A stretch of DNA of 64,000 bases from Pristiophorus japonicus. Its lineage: Eukaryota. The DNA lies in the NCBI RefSeq assembly GCF_044704955.1, contig NC_091980.1:130448001-130512000 (forward strand). The letters are read 5' to 3'. The notes beneath the pieces are model-generated. The model was not told where the DNA came from. It saw only the letters and a program-made list of their open reading frames with translations, and searched no databases. Below are positions 33,385 to 59,052 of this stretch, in pieces (positions within the stretch are counted from its first letter, which is position 1; every line of letters begins with the position of its first letter). Made by a program: the position numbers and the translations under genes.

Positions 33385-34881
33385 CTGTGTTCTCCCTGTG
33401 GCCGAGGAGCTCCGTCCGGAGTCACAGTCTGTATTTCGTCCCCTACGGGTAACAACGGACATGATCTTTGCAGCACGCCAATTGCAGGAAAAATGCAGGG
33501 AGCAGCGCCAACCCTTATACATGGCATTTTTCGATCTTATAAAGGCCTTTGAGACTGTCGACCGTGAGGGTTTATGGAGCGTCCTCCCTCCATTTTGGAT
33601 ACCCACAAAAGTTTGTCAACATCCTTCGCCTGCTCCACGTCGACATGCATGCTGTGATCCTTATCAGCGGATTTGTTACAGACTCATTCCACATCCGAAG
33701 CGGGGTCAAACAGGGTTGCGTCATCGCTCCAAAGCTCTTCTCAATCTTCCTCGCTGCCAACTCCACCTCACTGTCAACAAGCTTCCTGCTGGAGTGGAAC
33801 TAAACTACAGAATCAGTGGGAAGCAGTTTAACCTATGCCCTCTCCAGACCAGGTCCAAGACCACCCAAACCTCTGTCGTTGAACTGCAGTATGCGGACGA
33901 CGCCTGCGTCTGCGCACATTCTGAGGCTGAACTCCAGGATTTAGTCGATGTCGTCACTGAGGCATATGAAATCATGGGCCTTGCACTTAACATCCATAAG
34001 GGAAAGTGCCTCCATCAGCCTGTCTTCGCCGCACAGCACGGCCCCCCGGACATCAAGATTCACGGCGTGGCCCTCGACAATGTGGACCACTTCCCATACC
34101 GCGGGAGCCTCCTGTCAACAAAGGCAGACATCGATGCGGAGATTCAATATCGCCTCCAGTGCGCCAGTGCAGCCTTCAGCTGCCTGAGGAAAGGAGTGTT
34201 CGAAGACCAGGCCCTCAAACCTACCACCAAGCTCACGCTCTACAGAACTGTAGTAATACCCACCCTACTGTATGGATCAGAGGCATGGACGACTTACAGA
34301 AGGCACATCTCGTCGCTGGAGATATATCACCAAAGATGCCTCCGTAAGATGCTGTAAATTCCCTGGGAGGACAGATGAACCGACATCAGTGTCCTCGCGC
34401 AGGCTAACATCCCCAGCATTGAAGCACTAACCACATGCGATCAGCTTTTCTGGGCAGGCCACTTAGTCCACATGCCAGACATGAGACTCTCTAAGCAACT
34501 GCTCTATGAGGAACTCCTTTATGGCAAACGAGCCAAAGTTGAGCAGTGGAAACGTTACAAGGACACCCTCAAAACCTCTCTGATGAAGTGCGACAGCACC
34601 ACTGATGCCTGGGAGACCCTGGCCGAAGTCCATCCTAGTTGGAAAAAGTGTATCCGGGAGGGCGTTGAGCTCTTCGAATCTCAACCCTGCGAGCGTGAAG
34701 AGGTCAGGCACAGAAGGAACGTGTGGTATATCAGTGCCACCCACCCACTTCCCCCGACGAATATCTGTCCCATTTGTGACAGGGTCTGTGGCTTTCATGT
34801 TGGACTGTTCAGCCACCAACGAACTCACTTTAGGAGTGAAAGCAAGTCTTCCTCGATGCTGAGTGACTGCCTATGATGATG
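33385..34881 (+). mobile_element. RTE-clade LINE, 5' truncated and frameshifted
   Basis: ESQ.FRP.R.TTDMIFAARQLQEKCREQ, GVKQGCVIAP, LQYADD, C-terminal CPICDRVC...HQRTH, (TGA)n tail. Confidence 0.88.
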
Positions 34882-34934
34882 GGTTCAGCTGCAGGTATTC
34901 CTCGCTCTGAGCTCAGAACTGCGCCAATGGTTAA

Positions 34935-35760
34935 CACTCATCTGTGCCTTTTTATCTCTAGAATTGACTATTTCAATGCTCTCCTGCTGGCCTTACATGC
35001 TCCATAAACTTAAGCTTATCCAAAACTCTGCTGCCCGTATCCTAACACACACCTAGTCCCACTCACCCATGACCCCTGTGCTTGTGGACCATCATTGGCT
35101 CCCGGTCTGACAGCGCCTCAAATTCAAGATTCTTATCCTTGTATTAAATCCCACCATGGCCCCTCCCTCACCTCTTTTCCCAGCACATTGATAATATCGG
35201 TGCTGTTTCCTGCTCTCACAATAAACTGGAACATTTAATTCACTATGTTCCCAATTTCCACCCTTCACTCACCTTCACATGGTCCATTTCTGTCACTTCA
35301 CTTCCCTTTCTCGACTTCTCTGTCTATCGCCTCAGTCTATCAGACAAATATCCAATGAGTTGTTTGGATGTTGCTTCAAACCCGCAGATACCTGCAAATG
35401 ATCAACCTACTGAACAATCCAGAACTCTTAAAAAGACACTGAATCGCAAACAACAGAGGATTCAATGAACCTTTCCAGGTGGCCATTAACTGGTCCAGGC
35501 AGAGCACGGTCGATAGGGTGTTCTCTCTGTCTGCCTGCCTTTGTTCCGCGGCTATATCCGTGCCCGGGTATCCCTGGATTGGGAGCACGCGGTGTCTGCC
35601 GGTATGCTTGAGGCTTTCCGTCATCGGAGGGCACCAGAGGGAGGGGAGCGCAGCGTGGATACAAGGAAATAATGTAAATTTTTAAAGTTTTTATGCTAGT
35701 TATGTCATAATGTGGATCTGACAGTTTATTCCCCCTTATAAAGGGAGCACTTATGGTTTA
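34935..35760 (+). mobile_element. Mosaic of L2, Penelope and Tx1/L1 fragments (copy at about 59105-59910)
   Basis: L2-like LIQNSAARIL/HWLPV (34935-35170); Penelope-like FHPSLTFTWSISVTSLPFLD (35175-35345); Tx1-like C-terminus VAINWSRQ...CLPLFRGYIRARVSL (from 35478). Family calls are from recalled motifs. Confidence 0.6.
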
Positions 35761-35879
35761 AGTGTTTCCGATAGCTGAATTAAAATGCCCAAAGAATAGA
35801 GAATCCAATTAAACCTGTGACTCTGGTTATTTGACCTGTGTTTGAGGAAAGTTCGGACAATTGAGATCCTCATTGAGAT

Positions 35880-36048
35880 GTCAGCCAATGATGCTCATTC
35901 TTCAAAGATCTGATTGGCTCTGGGAGTCCATCTCCCTCCTCCCTTTACTTGATTGGTGCTCTGAGAAGATACAACTTCTGATTGGGTATTGATGACTGTC
36001 ACTCATCATCAAGAGTGCCACACCCTGGATTATCCCTCAGTATAAATA
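35880..36048 (+). promoter_or_regulatory. Ferritin B2 core promoter
   Basis: One CCAAT and three ATTGG boxes spaced about 30-40 bp apart; TATAAATA at 36041-36048. Confidence 0.7.
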
Positions 36049-36123
36049 TTGGAGTTTGATATTAGTGAAATGTTATCTTTGTACTTCTAAAAAGTTTTTA
36101 CTTTGGAAAAATAAAATATTAAG

Positions 36124-44922
<8,799 letters not shown>

Positions 44923-47900
44923 TGCTTCTGATCAGTACTCTTGTTTATACAATATGTGTGAGACTCTGTCCTACATAAAATGATGGATTTGTACAGGCTG
45001 AGACCTGGGCTCTTGATGTGAAATGTAATCAACTGTAAATAAACTGTTCAATATTGGACTGGGTTTTGTCTCCTTGCAATTAGTGGTTGCTTATTTTCCA
45101 TTTACTGTAACTTGTTTGCAGCACAAGTATTGCACTAGGCTATGCAACAATCATACATTGGCCTCCTGTGCTGTAACCACTCAGCTGGCTCTCCAAGAGC
45201 ACTTCAGCTCGTCCTACTCCCTTGCATTTTCCCTGTTGCCCTGCAATGTTTTTCCTTCATGTACTTGTTAAATCCTATGATTGAAAATGTCTTCACCACC
45301 CTCTCGGACAGTGCAATCCAGATATTAACCACTCATTGCATAAAAGTTTATCCTCGTGTCAGCTGTGGTTCTTCTGCCAATTGTCTTAAATTTGTGTCTG
45401 CTGGTTCTCGTCCCTTCTACCAGTGTTAATAGTCCTATAATTTTGCTCGTTGCTGGGGTAATTTCAATCTATTGACAGTTATATTCATAAAAACATAAAT
45501 AAGAGCAGTTGTTGTCCATTTTGGTTCTGTAAAGACTGCACCACCATTAAATATGATCATAACTAATCCTTTACCACCACCATGTTCATGCTTTTACCCC
45601 ATCGCCCTTGATGCCTTTTGTATCAAGATATCTCACATCCTTAAATATATTCAGCAATTGGGCTCCACTGCCTTCTGCAGTCAATACTTCCCCAGTTTCC
45701 CCATCCTGAGTGAAAACATTTATTATCTTTGTGCTAAATTTCCTACAGCATATTCTGAGCCTGTGACTTTTTATTCTCAACTTCCCAGCAAAGGGCTACT
45801 TCCTCCCCACATCCAATCTCTCCAAACCAGTCTGAATTTTATGATTTAATAAGATCCCCTTTCACTCTTCTGGTGAATACAGGCCTGGTCAAGCTATTCT
45901 CTCGTCATACGACAATCTTTCCATCCAAGGAATCAGTCTGGTGGAACTTCGCTGCGCTCTTAAGGAGACCCAAACCTGTGCACAATACACCAGGTGTAGT
46001 TTCACCAAGGCCATGTATAATTGTAGTAAGACATTCTTGCTCCTGTACTGTGGAAAAATTGTCAATATTAAATTTGGTTTCCTCCTCCAAATCTATTTAG
46101 AAATGTGATTAGTTGGGGCCCAAGCACCGATCCCTGTGGTATCCCACTAGTCACGACTCACCACCCAGGAAAAGACCTGTTTATTCCGACTGTGTTTTCT
46201 ATCAATTAACCAATTTTCAATCCACAGTATATTACCCCCAATCCCATGTGCTTTAATTTTGCGCACTAACCTCTTGTGGGACTTTATCAAAGGCCTTCTG
46301 AAAATCCAAATACACGACATCCACTGGTTCTCCCTTATCTAATCTCAGTTACATCCTCGAAAAAAACTCCAGTAGGTTTGTCAAACACAATTTTCTTTTC
46401 ATAAATCCATATTGACTTTGTCTAATCCCGTTGATAGTTTCTAAGTGTCCCTTTATCACATTCTACTAATGTTAGGCTAACCGGGCTGCAGTTACCTGTT
46501 TTCTTTCTCCTTCCTTTTTAAAATAGTGGGGTTACATTTGCCACCCTCCATTCTGCGGCAACTGTTCCATAATCTGTAGAAATTTGGACGATGATAACCA
46601 ATGCAACCACTATTTCCATGGCTACCACTTTTATTCCTCTGGGATGCAGATTATCAGGCCCTGGGGATTTATCAGCTTTCAGTCCCATTAGTTTCTCCAG
46701 CACTATTTTCTGACTAATAATCATTACCTTTAATTTCTCTTGCTCACGAGATCCTTAGTTCCCTAGCATTTCTGTGATGTTATTTGTGTCCTCTTCTGTA
46801 AAGACAGAACCAAAGTATTTAATTGTTCTGCCATTTCCTTGTTCCCCATTATAAATTATCCCATTTGTGACTGAAAAGGAGCTACATTTGTCTTCACTAA
46901 TCTTTTTCTTTTTACAGACTGGGAGAAACTTTTACAGTCGGTTTTTATGATCCTTGCAAGTTTAGTCTCACACTATTTTCCTCCTCTTAAACAATCTCTT
47001 GGTCCTTTTTTGCTGAATACTAAATTGCTCCCAATCCTCAGGAGTGCTACTTGTTCTGGCAACTTTGTATGACTCCTCTTTGGATCTAATACTATCCTTA
47101 TATTCTTGTGCAAACCATGGTTGGGCCACTTTTCCTTTTGTGTTTTTGCAGCAGAAAGGAATGTATAATTGTTGCAATTCATGTATTCGTTACTTAAATG
47201 TTAGCCATTGACTATCCACCATCATGCCTTTTAATGACTCTTCCCAATCTATCATAGCCATTCCTCATACATTCATAGTTTCCTCTGTTTAGATTTAGGA
47301 CCTAGTTGTGGATTGGACAACTTCACTTTCAATCTTCATAAAGAATTCAATTATGTTATGATCATTCTTCCCGAAAGGACCCCGCACAAAAAGACTATTA
47401 ATTAACCCCTTCTCATTGTACAATACCCAATCTACGATAGGTATTCAGACATGTTGAAGATCTAATTTCAATTGTACGTATATGTAACGACTCAAAAATC
47501 TGGTTCCTGTAAACTCACTCAGGTGCAACATCATCCATCTTTATTCCAGCCCAAGAGTGCCAGTGTGACAAAGACATCCAGCTTATATACAGGTGATCAA
47601 GCACACATGCCACGTGTGTCCAGCCCGATGATCTCCAACCGCGGCGCCCTCTGGTATCTTGTGACTCCCAAGCATTAAGACATAAGAGTATATTTTGCAA
47701 ATTCTATTCATGCATTTCAATCTAGCGTTGCAACGCTGTAATACAACAAGTGAAAATGTTCACGTTTGTTCAGCCACATAAGGCAGTGAGACCACAGGTA
47801 CATTTTAGTGTCTTAAAGGAGGCAGAGAGGTTTACATAATAACATGCTATGCCATTTGGCACCTCGAGCCTGTTCCGCCATTCAGTAAAATCATGGCTGG

Positions 47901-48035
47901 TCTGATCTTGGTCTCAATACTTTCCTGCCTGTTCCCCATAACCCTTGACTCCGCTATTGTTCAAAAATCTATCTATCTCCACCTTAAATGTATTCAATGA
48001 CGCTGCCTCCACACATGCGCACACACACACAGACA

Positions 48036-48295
48036 CACACAGTACTGAGTGAATGCCGCACTGTCAGAGGGGCAGTACTGAGGGAGTGCCGCACTGTCAG
48101 AGGGGCAGTACTGAGGGAGTGCCGCACTGTCAGAAGGGCAGGACTGAGGGAGCGCCGCACTGTCAGAGGGGCAGGACTGAGGGAGCGCCGCACTGTCAGA
48201 GGGACAATACTCACAGGATTCGTCACTGTCGGAGGAGCAGCACTAAGGGATTGCCACACTGTCTGAAGGGCAGTACTGGGGGATTGTTGTACAGA
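48036..48295 (+). repeat. 33-bp minisatellite, longer copy
   Basis: About 7-8 copies of the same unit as 20312-20470, preceded by (CA)n. Confidence 0.85.
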
Positions 48296-49819
48296 CTCAT
48301 GTTTGATTCAGGTTGGTCAACTGTGCTCATTGGTGGCATCTCCCCCGAAAGGGTAGTGCCTGTGGTGTGATTGGTGGCTCTGGATCTGAATCACTGCCGC
48401 ACTCTCTGCCCCATCTAAAGCAGAGTTTTAATCCAAGGGAACACCTCTCATCAGCTCATCGAGGACTGAACCACTTCTGCACTGAAATCAGACGTCACGG
48501 CTTTGGATCTCTGGGATACACCAGCATGAAAGGTCAATGACCAGAGGGGAGAGATGAGGACGATTATTTTAACGCAGCGAGTTGTTGTGATCCGGAACGC
48601 ACTGCCTGAAAGGGCGGTGGAATCAGATTCAACAGCAACTTTGAAGAGGGAATTGCATATACACTTGACAAAAGTTGCAGGGCTATGGGGAAGTAGCTGA
48701 CGAGTGGGACGAATTGGATCGCTCTTACAAAGTGCCTGCACAGGCACGATGGGCCGAATGGCCTCTTTCTGTGCTGATAGAATCTATGATGAGCCAGACA
48801 GTTAGAGCATATCTGAGCCTCATCATTTCAATCAGATTTAAATATTCATCATTTCAATCAGATTTAAATATTCTTTCGAGTCACTGAAAACCGACTGTAA
48901 AAGGACTCGTCTAACACATCAAATTGAGGGGCAGGAAAAGACCAGCTGGTCCATCAAGCCTGCCCCAAAACATGCCGGAGCAAATAATAGAATGATAGAA
49001 TGGGTACAGCACAGAGGGAGGCCATTCGGCCTGTCGAGCCCGTGCCGGCTCTAGTCGAGAGCACTTCAGCTAGTCCCACTCCCCCGCCCTTCCCCTGCAA
49101 CCCTGCTATTAATTTTTCCTTCAGGTACTTATCCAATTCCCTTTTGAAAGCCACGATTGAGTCTACCTCCACCACCCTCTCGGGCATTGCATTCCAGATC
49201 CCAACCATTCGCTGTGGAAACATGTTGATTTGGTTCTTTTGCCAGTCACTTTAAATCTGTGTCCTCTGGTTCTCGACCCTTCTGCCAACGGGAACAGTTC
49301 CTGTCTATCGATTCTGTCCAGACACCTCATGATTTTGAATCCCTCTATCAAATGGAGATGTGGGTGACAATGTGTGCAGTAATGTTCACTCCCTCTCATT
49401 CTCGCTCAATATATTGAATTTTACCAGACATCATTCCATGAGAATAAAAATGAAAGATTGTTGATGCCCCCATGTAGCCAATCCTCAGACACATGCCCAT
49501 TCTCTGTATTCGAACTGGGGGCAGTTCACACCACCCACAAGATGGAATTCCCATTCCACTGGCCAATGCTTGGTTTGTAAATGCACCAAGACGACTTGAT
49601 TGCTTTGAATATTGTCTCAGTGCCACAGAAACTTGCAAGTAACAAACTTCGCCAGATTATGAAAAACCCCTTTGGCGAAAGTAGAAAATTATAATTTCAT
49701 TCAAGTGAGAGCGTTAAACAACGGCACACTTTTAGATTTGAAGACGTTCAAGGAACCCAAAGGCAGTGACATCACCAAGACTGATCTCCCCCAGACCCCT
49801 CCTACAAATCCCCTCTCCT

Positions 49820-49933
49820 TTGTTAATTGGTGCCTCAATTCAGGGAAGATTCCTGATTGGCTCTGAGGGATTGTCAATCATCATTGGTGATGTCATACCC
49901 TGTTTGAATGCAGCTGTTCCAATAGTATAAATA
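49820..49933 (+). promoter_or_regulatory. Ferritin A3 core promoter
   Basis: CCAAT/ATTGG cluster and TATAAATA at 49926-49933. Confidence 0.65.
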
Positions 49934-50001
49934 CAGGAGCTTGCACAAGACAGTGTGAGTTTTAGAACTGTGCAGAGGATAGTGAAATATAGATAGTGAA
50001 G

Positions 50002-52589
<2,588 letters not shown>

Positions 52590-54349
52590 ACTGACTGGGA
52601 TCAAGCTTATTGTGTTTAGTACTTGCATTTATATAATCAGGCCCATATACTGTAGGGAATGAAGGCTTGTGACTTTGTGCAAAAAGAGCTGAAACCCACA
52701 ACAGTAAATAAACTGTTCAACATTGGGCTGTGTTTTGTCACCTTGTAAATTTGAGTGGTTACTTATTTTTCATTTAACATAACTTTATTTCCATCAAACA
52801 AGAATTACACTGACCTGTGCAACATTTATATGGGATTCAGTCCTATGAAATGTGTTTTCCCCTTGTGTAATGTCTATATATTGACTGGGCCATTCAGGCA
52901 CCTGTTATAAGATCTAAAATGTTCAATGGTGTGTTTGGACAACTGACAGTCCCATGGGATATTGGCCCAGTGACCAAAAGTCTGGTCAGAGGTATGTATT
53001 GAGAAGGTACAGAGATGTTTAGGAAGGCATGTCTCGAGCTTGGGACTGATAAGCTGTATCCAATGATCTGTCTTTGTACAAATGACAATTCAATCCAACA
53101 AGATGTAACATCTGCTAACCTCAGGGCCAATTTGCAAGTAATTCATTGTTGCACCATTTCAGTTCAATGAAGAAAAAGTCCTGGATTAGCTTCCTATTTA
53201 GTCTATCTGCCTTGTGAACGAACAGCAGTTTGTATTCAATAGCTTCAACAGATCCTCTTCAGTTATGCAGGTCGTTCAGTAATGGGACTCACCACTGCTG
53301 CTTTAGGCTTGCTGTTAAGCTTTGTCGGCAGAAAAGCAATATCTCAGCACACTGAACTCTGGGCACTACAATTGGATGAGGAGGGAAAGCAACAGCTGTC
53401 ATCAGCTTGCTGTCATAGCTTCAGTGCTTCGTGTGGATACCCTAGTCGTTCTTGGACAGCTTCTCTTCCGTCTGCTCCCCTAATGGTTGAATAACTTGCC
53501 AACACAACCTCCATTCAAACATGAATAAGGTATTGCAAGACTAACGATACTCCAACAACATTTAATACTTGGGGAAGGTGTAAATGTATTTAATTCCACA
53601 AAGCAAAAGGAACAAGATGTTAAACCCATTTCTGGCCACAATGCAGAAGTACTCAATTTATAAGCCCATCAATTTTTTTTTTTTTGTTAGTAATGAAATT
53701 CACAGTGGTACTATCACCCTGGATTCAATCTCCATTTCTCTCCTCCGTGGCTATGAGTGGATACAAATGGTATTGCTGCAGATCCAATAATCCAGTATTT
53801 ACTAGTTATTTTTAGTAATTTAACTGTGTTGAGTGCAATTAAATAGCCATGTACAGACGTTGCAGGTTAATGTCTTGGCAACACTCAAGCGCCTTTTGGC
53901 TATCGATGTTACAAAATGTCATATATTGATGAGCCACAGTTCCACGAGTCGGCCTGGGTTTGCGTGCTGATGGGTTTGATAGCTTCATGTATCAACAAAT
54001 CTCCAGCTCACTCGATGTGAAACTTTACAGGTGCTTGTGTTTTAAGAATTACTTACAATTTACAGCACAGGAAAAAGACCATTTGGGCCAACTGGGCCAT
54101 GCTGTGGTTTATGTTCCATGTGAAACTTGTCCCACCCCACTTCATCTAGACCTATTAGCATATCCTTCTATTCCTTTCTCCTTGTGTTTATCTAGCTTTC
54201 CCTTAAATGCATCTATGCTCTTTGCATTCAGAGTTATTACTGCGGGTAGCTCAGTAAACGCAGCGCTGTTGCTGTGGATTTTCTGTTAAGCTGTGTGGGT
54301 AAAGAAGTGAGTAACAGCTATAAAGATCCGCAATGTTTGAACTCAAGGA

Positions 54350-56560
54350 CAGCATTTATTGTCTGTCACTAATTGCCTCTGAGAAGGTGCTGGTCAGCCA
54401 TCTTCTGGAACCGCTGCAGTCTTGTGGTGAAGGTACTCCAACAGTGCTTTTCGGGAGGAAGTTCCTGGATTTTGCCGCAGTGACGAAAAAGGAATGGTGA
54501 TATATTTCCAAGTCAGGTTGGTGTGTAACGTGGAGGTGAACTTGCAGGCATTAGTATTCCCAAACTTCTGCTGCCCTTGTCCTTCTAATTGCTAGAGCTC
54601 GTGGGATGGCTTGTGCTGCTGAAAAAGCCTTGGCGAGTTGCTGCAGTGCATCTTGTCGATGGTACACACTGCAGCCATGGTGCACCGGTGGTGGAAGCAG
54701 TGAATGTGGAAGGTGGTGGATGGGATGCCAATCAAGTGGCCTGCTTTGTCCTGGATGGTGTCGAGCTTCTTGATGATTGCTGAAGCTGCACTCAGCCAGT
54801 CAAGTGGAGAGTATTCCACCACACACCTGACTTGTGCCTTGTCGATGCTGGAAAGACGTTAGGTGTCAGGAGGTGAGACACTCACCGCAAAATACCCAGC
54901 CTCTGGCCTGCTCTTATTACCACAGTATTTATGCAGCCGGGCTAGTTCAGTTTCTGATCAGCGATGACCCCCAGGGGTGAATGCTGGGGAATTCAGCGGC
55001 AGTGAATGTTAAGGGCAGGTGGTTAGACTCTCGTTTTTTGCAGATAGTCATTGCCTGGCACTTGTGTGATGCCATTGTTACTTGCCCATTATCAGCCCCA
55101 CACTGAATGTCATCCAGGTCTTGCTGCATGTGGGCATGGACTGCTTCATTTTCTGATGTCTTGCAAATGGAACAGAACACTGTGTAATCATCAGCAAACA
55201 TTCCCACTTCTGGCCTTTATGATGGAGGGAAGTTCATTGATGAAGCAGCTTAAGATAGCTGGGCCAAGGACACTGTCCTGAGGTATTCCTGCAGAGATGT
55301 CCTGGGACTGAGATGATTGACCTCCAACAACCACTTCCTCAGTGCTAGATATGAGTCCAGCTCATCGAGTGTTTTCTATATTCACATCGACTTCAATTTT
55401 GCAAGGGTTACTTGATGCCGCACTCCATCAGGTGCTGCCTTGCTGTGAAAGGTAGTCACTCTCACCTCACCTGTAATTCAGCTCCTTTGTACATGTTTGG
55501 ACCAAGGCTGCAACGAGATCAGGAGCTGAGTGGTCCTGGCACAACCCAAACTGGGCATCGGTGAGCAGATTATTGTCGACAAAATCTTCCCTCACTTTGC
55601 TGATGATTGAGTGTAGACTGATGGGGTGGTAATTGGCCTAAATGGATTTGTCCTGCTTTTTCTGGACAGGACGTACCAGAGCAGTTTTTCACATTGTTGG
55701 GTAGATGCCAGTGTCTCTGTACTGGAACAGCTTGGCTCGAGGTGTGGCCATGAATTTACAGATTGTGGTGCAATACAATTCTGCAGTTGCTGATGACACA
55801 GTGCCTCATGGATGCCCAGTTTTGAGCTGCGAGATCTGTTTTGAATCTATTCCATTTAACACTGGTCAAACCACTCACCACAAAGGAGGGTGTCCTCAGT
55901 GTGAAGACAAGACTTTGTCTCCACAAGGACTGTATGGTGGTCACTGCTACCAATGCTATCATGGACAGATGAATCTGTGACAGGTAGATTGCTGTGGACA
56001 AGATCAGTAGGTTTTTCCCTTGTGTTGATTCTCTCACCATCTGTCGGAAGCCCAATCTGGATGCTATGTCCTTCCGGACTCAGCCCGCTTGCTCAGTGCT
56101 ACCGAGCCCCTCTTGGTGATGGACATTGAAGCCGATTGCTATATCAGTGCTTCTTTCAAGTGGCCTTCAACATGGAGGTGTACTGATTCATCAGCTGAGC
56201 GCGGGTGGTAGGTGGTAATCAGCAGGAGTTTCCATGTCCAAGCTTGACCTAAACCCATGAGACTTGATAGGGTCCAGATTAAATGTTCAGGACTCCTACC
56301 GCTACTCCCTCCCGACTGTATACCACTGAGCCGCCACTTCTGGTGTGTCTGCCCTTCTGGTGGGACAGGACATACGCAGGGATGGTGAAGGAGGAATCTG
56401 GGACATTGGCTGAAAGGTATGATTCTGTGATTATGACTATGTCAGCTGTTGCTTGACTAACCTGTGGGACAGCTCTCCCCATTTAGGCACAAGATACCAG
56501 ATGTTAGTGAGGAGGACTTTGCAGGGTCGACTGGGCTGGGTGTACCATTGTCATGTCAGA
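54350..56560 (-). mobile_element. Decayed CR1-clade LINE (duplicate of 30130-32330)
   Basis: Near-identical ORF fragments. Confidence 0.8.
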
Positions 56561-57609
56561 AGCCGGTACCGAGGTCAATGCCGGGTTGTCCATCCTCTTT
56601 TATTCTAATTAATGTTTCTCGGAACGGTTTGTTATAACTGATCGGCTTGCTAGGCCATTTCAGAGGGCAGTTAAGACTCAACCACATTGCTTTGGGTTTG
56701 GAGTCATATCAGCCACATTTCCTTCCTGAAGGACATTACTGAAGCAGATTGGTTTTTATGACAATTCAATAGCTCCCTGGGCAACATTACTGATACTAGC
56801 TTTTTATTCCAGATTTTAATTTAATTAACTGAATTTCAATTCCCCAAATGCCGTGGTGGGACTTTGGATCATTAGTCCAGGCCTCTGAATTACTCGTCCA
56901 GTAACATAACCACGATGTTACCGCACTCTTTGCATCTCTCAATGGCACTTTTGGAGTATAGATGTCACCACAATTCATACATTGATGAGTCACAATTCTA
57001 CAAGTCATGTTGGGTTTTGCGTGCTGATGAGTTTCATGGCTTCATGTTTCAGATAAAACAAATTTTTCAGCTCACTCGATGTGAAAAACTTTACAGATGT
57101 CCTTGTTTTAAGAATTACATAGAATTTACAGCACAGAAAAAGGCCATTCAGCCTGGCAAATTGCAATGGTGAGCGGTCCTTCTTGAACGTAAAATGTATC
57201 AAGAATGAGGTGAGGAAACGAATGAGACAAGATCGATTTAATAGTCTTTCAATCATGAGCATGGAGAGCGAAGTACTGAGAGGACTTGACTTCACACACT
57301 AAGCCTCCTCCCAACTTCATTTAACCCTATCAGCATATCCTGCCAATCCTTCCTCCCTCATGTGTTTATCCAGCTTCACCTTAAACGCGTCTATGCTTTT
57401 TGTCTCAACTATTCCTTTTGATAGCGAGTTAAACATTCTGAACACTCTCTGAGTAAAGAAGTTTCTTTGAAGTCTCTCTTAGATTATTGATTCTAACTTT
57501 CTATATAATTCTATGGAGATCAGAACTTTGCACCATACTCCAAGTGTTGTCTAGCCAAGGTTCTATATAAACTTAACATGCTGCACAGGGATGTGGTTCA
57601 GTTCACCTC

Positions 57610-59052
57610 AACTGTGTTCTCCCTGTGGCCGAGGAGCTCCGTCCGGAGTCACAGTGTGTATTTCGTCCCCTACGGGTAACAACGGACATGATCTTTGCAG
57701 CACGCCAATTGCAGGAAAAATGCAGGGAGCTGAGCATTTATACATGGCATTTTTTGATCTTATAAAGGCCTTTGAGACTGTCGACCGTGAGGGCTTATGG
57801 AGCGTCCTCCCTCCATTTTGGATACCCCCAAAGGTTTATCAACATCCTTCGCCTGCTCCACGTCGACATGCGGGGTCAAACAGGGCTGCTTCATCGCTCC
57901 AACGCTTTTCTCAATCTTCCTCGCTGCCAACTCCACCTTACTGTCAACAAGCTTCCTGCTGGAGTGGAACTAAACTACAGAATTAGTGGGAAGCAGTTTA
58001 ACCTATGCCCTCTCCAGACCAGGTCCAAGACCACCCAAACCTCTGTCGTTGAACTGCACTATGCGGACGACGCCTGCGTCTGCGCACATTCTGAGGCTGA
58101 ACTCCTGGATTTAGTCGATGTAGTCACTGAGGCATATGAAATCATGGGCCTTGCACTTAACATCCATAAGGGAAAGTGCCTCCATCAGCCTGTCTTCGCC
58201 GCACAGCACGGCCCCCCAGACATCAAGATTCACGGCGTGGCTCTCGACAATGTGGACCACTTCCTATACCGTGGGAGCCTCCTGTCAACAAAGGCAGACA
58301 TCGATGCGGAGATTCAATATCGCCTCCAGTGCGCCAGTGCAGCCTTCGGCTGCCTGAGGAAAGGAGTGTTCGAAGACCAGGCCCTCAAACCTACCACCAA
58401 GCTCACGCTCTACAGGACTGTAGTAATACCCACCCTACTGTATGGATCAGAGGCATGGACGACTTACAGAAGGCACATCTCGTCGCTGGAGATATATCAC
58501 CAAAGATGCCTCCGTAAGATCCTGTAAATTCCCTGGGAGGACAGATGCACCAACATCAGTGTCCTCGCGCAGGCTAACATCCCCAGCATTGAAGCACTAA
58601 CCACATGCGATCAGCTTTGCTGGACAGGCCACTTAGTCCACATGCCAGACATGAGACTCTCTAAGCAACTGCTCTATGTGGAACTCCTTTATGGCAAACG
58701 AGCCAAAGTTAAGCAGCGGAAACGTTACAAGGACACCCTCAAAACCTCTCTGATGAAGTGCGACAGCACCACTGATGCCTGGGAGACCCTGGCCGAAGTC
58801 CATCCTAGTTGGAAAAAGTCTATCCGGGAGGGCGTTGAGCTCTTCGAATCTCAACCCTGCGAGCGTGAAGAGGTCAGGCAGTGGAAGGAAGGTGTGGTAT
58901 ATCAGTGACACCCACCGCCTTCCTCCGACGAATATCTGTCCCATCTGTGACAGGGTCTGTGGCTTTCATGTTGGACTGTTCAGCCGCCAACGAACTCACT
59001 TTAGGAGTGAAAGCAAGTCTTCCTCGATGCTGAGTGACTGCCTATGATGATG
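57610..59052 (+). mobile_element. RTE-clade LINE (duplicate of 33385-34881)
   Basis: LHYADD RT motif, same sequence with a small internal deletion. Confidence 0.85.

Noticed and set aside
35376-35685. Novel small gene upstream of the B promoters
   Set aside because: One + frame matches the C-terminus of Tx1/L1-type ORF2, so it is a retroelement fragment.
48036-48295. 33-bp repeats as a CRISPR array or coding repeat (ORFs 47984-48370)
   Set aside because: Head-to-tail units without unique spacers, eukaryotic context and a SINE-core-derived sequence. The ORFs are a by-product of a unit length divisible by 3.
49945-49965. CAGTGT as an IRE loop in the A3 leader (also CAGTGA near 6334)
   Set aside because: The flanks cannot form the 5-bp upper stem or the C bulge, and the motif is not conserved in A2.
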